The translations under genes were made by a program, and so were the position numbers. A DNA stretch of 64,000 nucleotides from the human T2T-CHM13v2.0 reference genome, Homo sapiens, in NCBI RefSeq assembly GCF_009914755.1, contig NC_060939.1; one strand, written 5' to 3'. A model generated the notes under the pieces. The model ran no database searches. It was not told the DNA's origin and saw nothing but the letters and a program-made list of their open reading frames with translations. Below, in pieces: positions 15,162 to 29,154 of the stretch; the first letter of the stretch is position 1, and every line of letters begins with the position of its first letter.

Positions 15162-15456
15162 TTTTTTTTTTAAATTGAGGTGAAGTCCCAGTCTGTTGCT
15201 TAGCCTGGAGTGTAGTGGCATGTCTTGGCTCACTGCAATCTCTGCCTCCGGGGTTCAAGTGATTTTCCTGTCTCAACCTCCCGAGTAGCTGGGACTACAG
15301 GCATACGACACCTCGCCCGGCCAATTTTTGTATTTTTAGTAGAAACGGGGTTTCACCATATTGGTCAGGCTGGTCTTGAACTCCTGGCCTCAAGTGATCT
15401 GCCTGCCTCGTCCTCCCAAAGTGTTGGGATTACAGGCGTGAGCCACCGCGCCCGGC
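15162..15456 (-). mobile_element. AluS
   Basis: Full dimer. Confidence 0.9.
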
Positions 15457-15513
15457 TAAATACATTTTTGAGTAAAGTTTTGCATGTATACTTTTGGTTT
15501 TCATGGGTGAAGT

Positions 15514-15837
15514 TTTGTTTTGTTTTGTTTTGTTTTTTGTTTTTTGTTTTTTTTTTTGTGACAGAGTCTCACTCTGTCGCCCAGGCTGGAGTGCAGTGGC
15601 TCAATCTTGGCTCACTGCAAGCTCCGCCTCCCGGGTTCACGCCATTTTCCTGCCTCGGCCTCCTGAGTAGCTGGGACTACAGGTACCCGCCGCCATGCCT
15701 GGCTAATTTTTTGTATTTTTAGTAGAGACAGGGTTTCACCGTGTTAGCCAGGATGGTCTCGATCTCCTAAGCTCATGATCCGCCCACCTCAGCCTCCCAA
15801 AGTTCTGGGATTACAGGCATGAGCCACCGTGCCTGGC
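15514..15837 (-). mobile_element. AluY
   Basis: Y diagnostics gcaagctccgcc, ttcacgccatt, gttagccaggatgg. Confidence 0.9.
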
Positions 15838-15925
15838 CGGGTGCAATTCTTTTTTAAAAAAAATTCTTTATTTTTAATTTATTTGAACATTCTTAACTGT
15901 ATACAATTTGCAACATTCCCAATAA

Positions 15926-16781
<856 letters not shown>

Positions 16782-16827
16782 CACTTTATTCTTGATTTCT
16801 TACTTTATCCAAAAGCAATTTTGGAGA

Positions 16828-17126
16828 TTTTTTTTATTTTTTTGAGACAGGGACTCACTCTATCAACCAGGCTGAAGTGCAGCAGTATAATCTCAGCTCA
16901 CTGTGCAACCTCCCAGGCTCAAGCCATGCTCCCACCTCAGCCTCCTGAGTAGCTGGGACTACAGGTGTGCACCACCACACCCAGCTAATTTTTGTATTTT
17001 TGTTTTTATAGAGATGGAGTCTCACCACATTGCCCAGGCTGGTCTCAAACTCCTGGACTCAAGTGATCCACTCGCCTTGGCCTCCCAAAATGTTGGGATT
17101 ACAGGTGTGAGCTACCGTGCCTGGTC
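16828..17126 (-). mobile_element. AluJ
   Basis: Full dimer. Confidence 0.85.
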
Positions 17127-17707
17127 TGGAGAATTTTTAATAGCTGATTTCTGAAGTTAATTATTTTTATTTTTTAATTGTTTTCACTGCCACAAATTTC
17201 AGTCACAAATTTCACACAGACTCTAACATTAATTTCTAATTTTAGCATATGTGAACAGGGAATGTGATCTATATGACACCTGTGTTTTCAAATTTATTGG
17301 GATTTTCTTTGTGATGGAAAATATGATAGGTGTTTTAAATTATTTTCCAGATCTTGGAAAATCATCTGAGTAACTTTAAGGCCCAAGCCAACAGTCAAGA
17401 TATCTAGAGGAACTGGGGAAAAGAACAAAATGTGAACGGAAAGTAAACTTCAAAGAGGAACTGATTTTGATACTGAAGGGACAAAGAACTGACTTCTTCA
17501 GTACCTACTATCGGCCAGGCCCCATGCTAGGTACCTTGCATATATTATCTCATTCAGTGGTGAGGTAGGATTCTTCAGAGCAGGAAACGGGGGCTCAGAG
17601 AGGTTACATGTTTCCAAAATCCATTTCCCCTGCTCCACATCTTGTCCTTACTGCTTTGCTGAGCAGCCTCCCACTTTTCTTTCAAGACTCGGTTTAAACA
17701 TCACCTC

Positions 17708-18036
<329 letters not shown>

Positions 18037-18371
18037 TAAACATCACCTCTTACAGGAAGGTCTCCTTCCTACAGAGAAGAGCTGAGAGGATACACCTCTT
18101 CTGCTACTGTATAAGTCAGTGTACATCTGTCATCCTTGGTTGCCTGGGAGACCCTTGATGGTGGCCAGTACATCGTCAGGTCACAACAAATGTTTGTTGA
18201 TTGAATGAAGAATAAAAGCAAAGGAAGGGGACAAAAAGAGAATTCATGTCTGAAGATTCAACATGGCAAAACCCTCACCCTACAGCATTCCTCTCCGCCC
18301 TCTGCCCAGATGGTGCTGCTGCTGCATAGCCAGGCATTCTATACCTCCATTTCTCACTTAAGAAAATATCT

Positions 18372-18568
18372 CCAGCCTGGGCAACAAGTGAGATCCTGTC
18401 TCTACAAAAAATAAAAAATTAGCTGGGCGTGCACCTGCAGTCCCAACTACTGAGGAGTCTGATATGGCAGGATGGCTTGAGCCCAGGAGGTCGAGACTGC
18501 AATAAGCTGTGATTGCACCACTGCACTTCAGCCTGGGAGACGGAGTGAGACCATGTCCCCCCAAAAAA
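18372..18568 (+). mobile_element. 5'-truncated AluJ
   Basis: Partial dimer. Confidence 0.8.
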
Positions 18569-18694
18569 GGCTAAATTCCCCTCCTGTCTTGCCCATCATC
18601 ACAGCTTCACAGTCTTTCAGACTGTTTTATTAATGCCTTAAAAGAAATCATGGGAGTGATTCCTGATGTTACATGTTCATTCATTCGTGCATTC

Positions 18695-19303
<609 letters not shown>

Positions 19304-19894
19304 ATTCATGTATTCTTATGGGCAATAAACATTTACTGAACTCCTGTCATGAATGTGATGCCAGCTACCAGGCTGGCCCTGGACACCAAGACCCATGTGC
19401 AGTGTGGGGAGGACAACTTGGAGGGACTTTTGGGCAGCCCTGAAGTCCACCCACAGGATAAGTGCTTCCAGGCCTCTCAGGGATCTGCCTGGCCCTGCCC
19501 CCTCCTTCCCCATCCTCCTCATTCCCACCCTACACCCTCTTTATCTCCCTTCACAAAAAGCTCTATTCTCTTTTTGCACAATACACTTTCACAATAGATA
19601 GTCTATTCAACCCAGAGCCCAAATCATCAGCAACCAAAACGCTGGTTCCTCTTTCCTCCTAGGTTTCAAACATTTCCAAGGGAGGAGAAATAATTGCACT
19701 CTGCAGCATCACTTCTGTTTGCATGGCTGTTTCTCCTGAAGATTGGAAGCTCCTTGAAGGCCTGGCCTAGGTCTTCTCACCATTGACTCTGAAGTGAACC
19801 ATAAGCCTAGACCTTGTTTCCTAAATATATAATTTATTGTTCAAAATTAATATAATCATTCTTACCACAGAAACAAACAATCAAACAAACAAAA

Positions 19895-20060
19895 CGAACA
19901 ACAAAGGGGTTCAAGGAAACTTTTGGAGGTGATGGATATACTAACTGTGGTGACTGTCACAGGAGTATATACATACGTCCAAACTCACAGATTGTATATA
20001 TTAATTATGTGTATTTTTTTATGCCAATTATACCTTAATAATCCAGGAGAGGAAAAATGA
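19895..20060 (+). mobile_element. L1M (L1MC/MD-like) 3' end
   Basis: ggaaacttttggaggtgatggatat..aaactcacagattgtata..caattataccttaataa is a typical L1M 3' UTR terminus. Confidence 0.7.
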
Positions 20061-20126
20061 AAAATAAATACACCTTGCTCAAGAAAGAGAAAAAATATAT
20101 AATAATTATAGAAATTTGGCAAATAG

Positions 20127-20280
20127 GGCCAGCCGTGATAGCTCATGCCTATAATCCCAGCACTTTGGGAGGCCAAGGCAGGAGGACTGCTGGAGCCCAG
20201 GAGTTCAAGGCTGCAGTGAGCCAGGATTGTGTCACTGCACTACAGCCTGGGTGACAGAGCAATACCCTGTCTCTAAAAAC
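20127..20280 (+). mobile_element. Alu monomer (FRAM/FAM-like)
   Basis: Single arm. Confidence 0.8.
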
Positions 20281-20368
20281 GAAAGAAAGAAAAAGAAAGG
20301 AAGGAAGGAGAGAGAAAAGAAAGAAAAAGAAAGAAGGAAGGAAGGAAGAAAAAGAAACAAAAAAGAAG
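20280..20368 (+). repeat. GA-rich low-complexity tail
   Basis: Direct reading. Confidence 0.8.
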
Positions 20369-20436
20369 TTGGGCAAGTACACTAAGGGATAAAGAAGAAA
20401 ATTAAATCACCTATAATTTCAAGAAACAGAAATAAC

Positions 20437-20739
<303 letters not shown>

Positions 20740-21340
20740 AGAAATAACTTTTTAAAAACTTGTATATTTTCTTCCAGGCATTTTACATGCATTTTTCCGG
20801 ATAAGTATACATGTATATACCAAATTTTAAATATATATAATTCTGATGCATATGCAATTTTATATTTCACTCAGCATATTACAAACACTTCCCAAGTCAT
20901 TATTCTTCAAAAACATGATTTTTAATAGCTTATATAGTATTACATCAGATGTTCATGCCATAACTTCTTTAAACATTTCCATCATTTTTGGATATTTAGA
21001 TTATTTCCTTCTTTCTTTCCTTCTTTTTTCCTATTTTTAACTTTTGCCAATATAAATAATACTTTCATAAACATGCTTAACACATCTTTGTTCACATTGC
21101 TGATTATTTCTCTCAAGAACAGATTTCTAGAATTCGAGTTACTGAATCAAAGGGTATAAATTTTTAAGCTTCTCTTGATCTTTCATATCCAATTATTTTC
21201 CAGGCTTTGTACCAATTTGCCCTCCTGTAGCCATAAGTATCATCACTGTGGCTTTTACATTTAATTTATTTGTAACTCTTCGGTGAAGCTGGCAGTTGTA
21301 ATGACCCATGTTTCTTTTGGCATATTTCTATTCTTAAATT
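20740..21340 (-). mobile_element. Old L1 (L1MC4/L1ME-like) fragment
   Basis: AT-rich; gttactgaatcaaagggtat, ttgtaccaattt motifs. Confidence 0.5.
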
Positions 21341-21586
21341 TATGTGTATAGGATTAATTAACTAATTGGTTCAAGCCATGATGGGAATAAAGCCATGTAA
21401 CTGTGCACCCTCAATCACAAGGGGAGCTCAGAGGAGGTGGATTATTTCATGCACCCTTTCATTACTCCTGGACTAATAATTTGTAAGTCACATGTTCATC
21501 CCATCTATCCACACAAACTTATGCTTTCTTTGGGTTTTCCCCAAAAACCCTGAGTATTCCTAAATTGTTACTATACTTCTGAGGAT

Positions 21587-21917
<331 letters not shown>

Positions 21918-22894
21918 CTTCTGAGGATTTTGAATTGCTGCCCAGTGCATATTCTGTGGGCACTTAGAGCTTAGCTCTCAGTGACTCTCTACCAGTTCCC
22001 AACCCCCATGCCATTTCCGCTAAGACCAGCCTTTTAGGAGCCCTAGGTCCACCTCTGCTTTCTGCAGCGCCTGTCTAGTTGAACCTTGGGGTCCTCGCCT
22101 TTCATTGGCTGGATTCCTGTTGGGAGTCTTGATATTAAAAGTTGAATATTAGATATTGCAAAGCCAATAATATCTTTTAAAATGTTTGTTTGGTTCTGGC
22201 AATGAAAGAAGCAGATATTAATAATCACCTGCTAATCTCCCAGCAAATTACTCTAGTGAACATGTCAACTGAAACGTCGAAGAGCTGTGTTTCATCCCTT
22301 TTCTCAGCTTACAAGATTCCTGGGATTCTCAGAGATGGCTAGAACATCCTGGAAGGGTCTGCAGCAGGAATGTATCCTCTATCAGGGAAATCAGGATTAA
22401 TAAACCTTATAATTATAAACCTACCTTTGAATTTCAGCTCTAGGGAGGCAGCTTTGGGGCTTCTGAAATGCCCAGGGGAGACCTCCATTTACTGCTTTTG
22501 TATCAAAAAAGCTGATTTCTTTCTTTCTGGTGTGAATCTGGAGGATTCCTTGCTGGGTTTGGGCAAGTCAGGAGATTTGGCTAAATAGTGATGTCTGCAA
22601 GCTTAGGGCCTCACTGGGACCTTCTAACGTTCACATAGGCTTTGAAATTTACAAAATACAGTATCATACATTACACATCATATATTATCGGCTTCCACTT
22701 CTCCCAACAACCCTAGAAGGTGGGCATTATTTAAGTTAAAAAGGTGTCACAAAAGGAAGTGGGTCACCTGTCCAGACAGGTTCTCACAGGGAGGTAATCT
22801 GTAAGAGAGGAAATTGGTATGGAAAGTGGAGGAGACTCTAAAGAGGGGAAAACATGTTGAAAGAGAATTCCCAAAGGGAAACCCTGTCTACACA

Positions 22895-23030
22895 TTCTGG
22901 CTCAGACACTCCATGGTAGTGACCTTAGGAAGTTTTTAAGCTTTTCGGTGCCTCAGCCTCCTCCTCTGTAAAATGATAATGACACCTACCTCAAATAAAG
23001 TGCTTAGCCCAGCCTCGCACTAAGGTGGCT
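22895..23030 (+). mobile_element. MIR
   Basis: gtgaccttagg..gcctcag..ctgtaaaatg. Confidence 0.65.
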
Positions 23031-23166
23031 GTACAGGTATGTTTATCAAAGCAGGTTCATAAAAGCGAAAAACCTGCAAACATCCCATGAGTCTAACAAT
23101 TTGTTTAAACAAATTAAGATACACACATACCATGGAATAATATCATTCACTAAGAATGACAATGTG

Positions 23167-23462
23167 GGCTGGGTGAGGTGGCTTATGCCAGTAATCCCCA
23201 CACTTTGAGAGGCTGAGGCAGGAGGATTGCTTGAACCTAGGAGTTCGAGACCAGCCTGGGCAACATAGCAAGACCCAGTCTGTACCAAAAAACAAAAAGA
23301 AAAAATACAGCCGAGCATGGTGGCACACAAATGTAACCCTAGTTACTCGGGAGGTTGAGGTGGGAGGATGGCTTGAGCCCAGAAGTTCGAGGCTGCAGTG
23401 AGCTATGATCATGCCACTGTAATCCAACCTGGCTGACAGAGCAAGACCCTGTATCCAAAGAA
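23167..23462 (+). mobile_element. AluJ
   Basis: Full dimer. Confidence 0.85.
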
Positions 23463-23759
23463 GAATGTGGATGTTTACAGACCAGAAGATAATTTGTGAC
23501 ATATACCGGGTGAAAGTAGCTGCAATTCAGTAGGTGTAGTGTTATGCCATTTTTGTTAATTTTGTAAAAATAACATGCTTATACATAGAGTCATCATTTG
23601 CTTAATGATATTGACTTTGTACAGTTTTATTATGGTGTGCACTTACATGTAGCCACTAGGATATAAAATGTCCAAGGATATACACCGAAATATGTCTCTA
23701 GATAGGGTTCGTTTTCGAATTCTTTCACAATGAACTTGTGTTGTAAAGAAATAACAGAG

Positions 23760-24140
<381 letters not shown>

Positions 24141-24649
24141 TCATGTGCAGGTCACTTGGAGAACCAATAATCCAACCAAAGGACTAAGAGGTTTTGGGAG
24201 CTTTAAATCACGTTGTGGAGAAGTCAATAATCACCCCCTATCCCTCCCCTGCTCCTCCAGTGCAAACTTCTGTGATTACGTCTCTCTCCTGAGCAAACAT
24301 AGCCAGGTGCCTGCTCCCAGGGGCCTTCCTGGATTTCATGAGGCCCATCCTCTCCTGATTCCTATTTGTTCCTCAGGCAGGCTACAACTCTGCTGATCAG
24401 GCTGGGCCTTGATAACCAGTCATCAAGCTCTGGTCATGTTCCTGAGAAGCCACCTGGCCATCTTGATCGGATGTGGTGTTCACCAATCCCAGCCTCCCAG
24501 TGGGACACTGGTCATCTTTGAAGGAATGCTTCCCCCTCAGTCAGCTCATCATGTTTCTGGTGTGGTGAGTCACTCTGGTTTCAACCCTGAACGTAATCTT
24601 ATTTCCAGGTCATCGGGGCACTACCCAGTCACTCCCTGATTTGTAGTAA

Positions 24650-24860
24650 TAGTAAATAAAAGCTACCGGGGATTGGTGCTTATGTACCGGACACCATGCT
24701 AGGTGTGGGGTTTGAGCCTCACAACAAACTGTGAAGCAGGTATTTTTATCCCTATTTTACAGAAAAGTTAGAGAGGTTGACTTGCCCAGGAATATGCAGC
24801 AGGTAAGCCTGGGCCCTTAAACTAAGACACTGTCTCTGCAATCCACAGGTCTTCTTACCT
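24650..24860 (-). mobile_element. MIR
   Basis: ctcacaacaaac..tatccctattttacaga..gacttgccc. Confidence 0.6.
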
Positions 24861-25059
24861 GCATTTTATATGTCCCGAAATTAAGTCGAAGTTATTCACT
24901 GAAGTTATGTTATTCATTTACATTCATGAAGTTAGCAAGTGGGAGGGGCTAAAATCTGAATATTTCCCTGACACCCTCCCCTTTTTCCCACTTGTGCTCT
25001 ATCCTCACTCTCCCCCCACCCACTTGTATTCTAAGCTGCAGTAAACACTTCAACTCTTG

Positions 25060-25400
25060 ACAGTTCTAAGAACCTGTAATAATGTGCCGTCTTGCCCTGG
25101 GGCCTTTGGACAGACTGTTCTCTCCCATGCATTTGGCTAGCACAGCCTAATCTAGACACGACCTCCTCCAGGAAGCCACACCTGACCACCTTAGTCCAAG
25201 CACCCTCTTAGGAGCTTTCTTGGTTCACTCTTGCCTGTATCGCATGGCACTGAGGTTGCTGTCTTCTTTTCTTGCTCCTTCGCCTGCAAAGCCAAAGGCC
25301 AAAGCAAGGACTGCGTCTTGCTGATGATTCGGTCCTCAGCAGCCAGCACCTTCGCCGGCACGGGGTAGGTACTCAGTAGGCATTTGTTAAGTGCATGCTT
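25060..25400 (+). mobile_element. L2 3' fragment
   Basis: acctcctccaggaagcc..ggcacggggtaggtactcagtaggcatttgttaa. Confidence 0.55.
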
Positions 25401-27399
25401 GGCTCTAAGAGCTGCATTCTGCTTTTTTGGAGGATGCAGCTTGGGTGTACTAAGTGGGAGGCTGCAAGTGATGACGGAAATGTGGTTTCCTGCAGACCTG
25501 GGCAAAGGCCCTGGGGTCATTGGGGGCTCAGGGTGCTGATGTTAAAAGACCATGGTGTCCTTCTTGTTGAACCAAACTCTCAGGCTACTGTTTCCTCACT
25601 CCTCGTCAGAGACAAATGTGTTCTGAGTGACTGGAGTCATAGCTCAGAGCACCAGGAGCTGGTTTAGGGTGGGGCGAGGGGCCGTGGCCTTGGGGCTCTC
25701 GTTTCTAAAGGCCCAGGGCTCAGGGCTGGGGGGAGGGGTGAGGAGTGGCAGGTCGTGTCCCCGGGAGGCTGCAGTCACTGGGGGAGAGACAATGGGGCTC
25801 AGCATCTGCTCCTCCCTGGGAGAAGGGACCCTTCAGTGAAAAGCCAGGGAGAGCAGGGAAGTGTGGGAGGAATTGATGAGGAGAAGGGGTGGAGCCAAGG
25901 AGATGCAGCCGGGAGGAAGGAAGGGAAGGGAAGGAAGGGAAGAGGGAGGGGAGAGGATCCAGGCTTTCCTTCCTCCCGGTGACCTGGTCCTGAGCCGCAG
26001 CTTCCCTTGCATTGTTCCCTGAGTTTGCTCTCGGGGCCCACCGAGACCTCACGTTTCTCCCCCTGGCTGCAGCCCCAGTCCGAGGGCCCGGCATCCAGCA
26101 GGTGCTCAATACTTACTTGGGAAAATGACAAATGTGACCAACTTTGCTTTGGGAACTTTCCCCCGTCTTCTCCCCACTCCTCCGGAGAACCCGAGGACAG
26201 AGCAGGTCTTGGGAGCACGCCCGGGCGCCCCATGAATAATTGACCCTTCCTGGCGGCACTGCCCGGCTCTGTCCGAGGGCTCCGGACCCGCCCTGCGTTG
26301 CAGTCGAGAAACGGCTCGGAGTGGCGGGTGTTCTGGAGGTTGGAGGCCTGGTGTCCGGCCTGCGCCGGAGCTGGAGGGCGGCGAGGCTGTGCCAAACCCC
26401 GCGGCCCCTCAGGGAGCCGAGAGGGACCTGACGGCCGCGCTGCCAGCGACCACGCCTCGGCGCCCCCCAGCAGTGCGCCCCGGGGCCGAGGCCCAGGCCC
26501 TGGGCTCGGGGACCCCGCCAGCCCGCCGATCCCAGCAGCTGCCCTGAGCCCCTTCTCCACCCGGGCCCTGGCGCTCGGAGCCCGCGCCGCTCCCTCGAGT
26601 CAGGCCGTCCAGGGCTCTGCTAACAGCTGTTTAAAGGCTTTTGCTGTTCAGTGCTCTGCGGGGATGTTTGTTCCAGGCCCATCTGCCTACTTTAAAAATA
26701 CATAAGTGAAGCACACACACCCAGCTTGCCACCTCTGGCTGGGGAGGGGCGGGCTCGGCGGCCCTCGCTCGCACTTGGGAAGGAACCGGCACCCAGGAGC
26801 CGCACCCGTGCCCCAACACCCGCACCGGCTCTCCTCTCCAGAGGACGCCCCTGGCTTCCCTTGGGGGGGGCGGGGCGCAGGGCCCCCGGGCCCCCTTTGT
26901 ACCGGACAGGGCCGGGCCCCCCATTTCCAAGCGAGGTCTGCCTCTTCCCCGCTTCAGTTAATCTTTGTTCCCCTTTTCTGCTGAGAGGAGAAAAAAAAAA
27001 GAGAGAGAGAGAAAGAAAGAAAAGAAGGAAAAAAGGCGTGACTTGATTTTCAAACGAAACTCCCACAGCAAACAAAACCCTTTTAGAGAAATAAGAAAGG
27101 AGGAAGAAGGAAGAAAAGAGGGAAGAAAAAAACAGGAGAAAGAAAACCCTTCAGGCTTTCAATTCGAGTGGGAGAGTTGAACCGAAAGAAAGAGAAAGAA
27201 AGGAAGAAAAATCCTCTGCGGTAGAAAGAGAAAAGAAAACTTGGGCTGACAAGAGGGAGGTGTTGGGGGTGGAAGGAAGTGAGAAAACAAAAGAGAGATA
27301 AAAGGGCTGCTTTTCTGTCTCTCTCTTCCTCTGCGAGCTGGCTTAGGAGGAGCTGTTTTGCATCCCTTCACGTCAGCCCTGCCTCATTCCCTTCTTCCA

Positions 27400-27618
27400 G
27401 GGAGGGAGAGAGCGCGAGCGAGAGAGCGAGCGAGAGGAGGGGGGAGAGAGAGAAAGAGAGGAGCCGGAGGGAGGGCGGCAGGAGCAGGCGGCGGGCGCGC
27501 GTGGAGGCGGGCGGCGGGCGCACAGCAGCAGCCCGGGCGGTGGGCAGCCAGGAGCCCCCGGCCCGGCCCGGCCCGGCCCGCCGAGGGCCCCAGCGCAGGA
27601 GCCGCGCCCGGACCCAGG
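27400..27618 (+). other. ZNF710: Non-coding first exon (5'UTR); TSS approximate
   Basis: GA-rich then GC-rich leader with no ATG, ending at consensus donor CAGG|GTGAGT (GT at 27619-27620). Host-gene assignment comes from the recalled location of MIR3174. Confidence 0.75.
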
Positions 27619-27967
27619 GTGAGTGTCCCGCGCGGCCCCCCGCCCCAGCCCCAGCCCCAGCCCCGCAGCCCCGCGCTGCCGGCCGGCGGGGGCGCGGGGG
27701 GCGCGGGGGTGGGTCGCTGCGGCCGCGGCCGACCCGCCCCCCGCCTCTCCCTGGGGACGGCCGCGCGCAGGCCCGCGCCGCGCTGCAAACATGTCGTCTT
27801 TTCCTTTCACTTCCACATTCCCTCATGCCGGAGAGCTGGAGGGAGAGAGGGAGAGCCGGGGAAAGAGGGAGAGATGGCGTCTGGGGTGGGGGGGAGGGAG
27901 AGGAGGGGGAGGGGGAAGGGAGAGGGAGGGAGCGAGCGAAAGAGGGCGAGAGGGAGGAGAGCGCGCG

Positions 27968-27970
<3 letters not shown>

Positions 27971-28000
<30 letters not shown>
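27971..28000 (+). repeat. (GA)15 microsatellite in the CpG island
   Basis: Perfect dinucleotide run. Confidence 0.95.
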
Positions 28001-28002
<2 letters not shown>

Positions 28003-28025
28003 CAAAAATGAAAGGAAAGCGTCGC

Positions 28026-28043
28026 GGCGGCGGCGGCGGCGGC
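28026..28043 (+). repeat. (GGC)6 trinucleotide repeat
   Basis: Direct reading. Confidence 0.9.
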
Positions 28044-28812
28044 GCGGGAGGCCCGGGAGGCGACGGTGGCGGAGGCTCTCGGGCCCGCACGTGGGTGTCC
28101 CGGTGCTGGGTGCGCTCCCCCCACACCCGGCCCGGGACTCAAAGTTTCACCCCCTCGCCGCCCCGCCCCTACGGCTGCCCACAAACTTTATTCTCGGAGC
28201 GGGTGGGGTTGTTGCGCGTCCCAGCCGGCCGGGGGTGGGGGAGAGCTGAGCGCGCCGCTGGCGGGGCTGGGGGCGTCCCCGAGGGCCACTGGCCGCCGCA
28301 CGCTGGGCGCCGCGGGATCTCCGCCGGGACAGCGTCGGGGCGCCGCGGGCCGGGGACCCAGGACCGGCGCTCGCTGTCTGGGGGCGTGGGGGTGGGGGTG
28401 GCGGGCGGGGTCCCTACGGCCCGTCTTGAGCCTCCCGCGGCTCAGCCCCCCTTCCTCCTCGTCGCCCTCTCTCCGTCTTCTCGCGGTCATTTTCCTAATT
28501 GGATGGAGCTGTGGGGCGTGAGCACCAGCGTCAGATCGGGGCCCTCAGGCTACCAGGTGGGCGCGCGGGCTCGGGGACCGACGGGGCAGCCCCAGCCTCC
28601 CCACCCTAGGCGCACAGATCCCGCAGATCCGGCCCTTGGGCCACCGCCCCCTTCACCGCGGACTTGCTAACTAGTGCGTATCGGGTTTTTTTCCAACTTG
28701 CCTTTTAAGATGACTTTTATGGGCGCTGCAACTGCTTCCCTCCAGTCTAAGCTGTAGTTTGGAAAGATTTAAGAGGCCAGGGAGGTGCTTGTGTGGATTT
28801 TAACCAACCTGA

Positions 28813-29154
<342 letters not shown>

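Larger units (their letters stand above)
26200..28680. promoter_or_regulatory. ZNF710: CpG island / GC-rich promoter of ZNF710
   Basis: Dense CpG and GC content with many GC boxes against a CpG-depleted background. It contains exon 1. Gene identity is inferred from MIR3174 lying ~5 kb downstream. Confidence 0.85.

Noticed and set aside
24795-24810. CAG|GTAAGC donor as an upstream alternative first exon
   Set aside because: It lies within a MIR and has no supporting promoter or acceptor evidence in the sequence alone.
27279-28670. 463-aa ORF (longest in the window) and overlapping antisense ORFs
   Set aside because: It starts at GTG, is low-complexity Arg/Gly/Pro/Ala, and crosses the exon-1 donor. 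This is the expected stop-codon scarcity of a CpG island. Only the short ATG-initiated part is kept as a finding.
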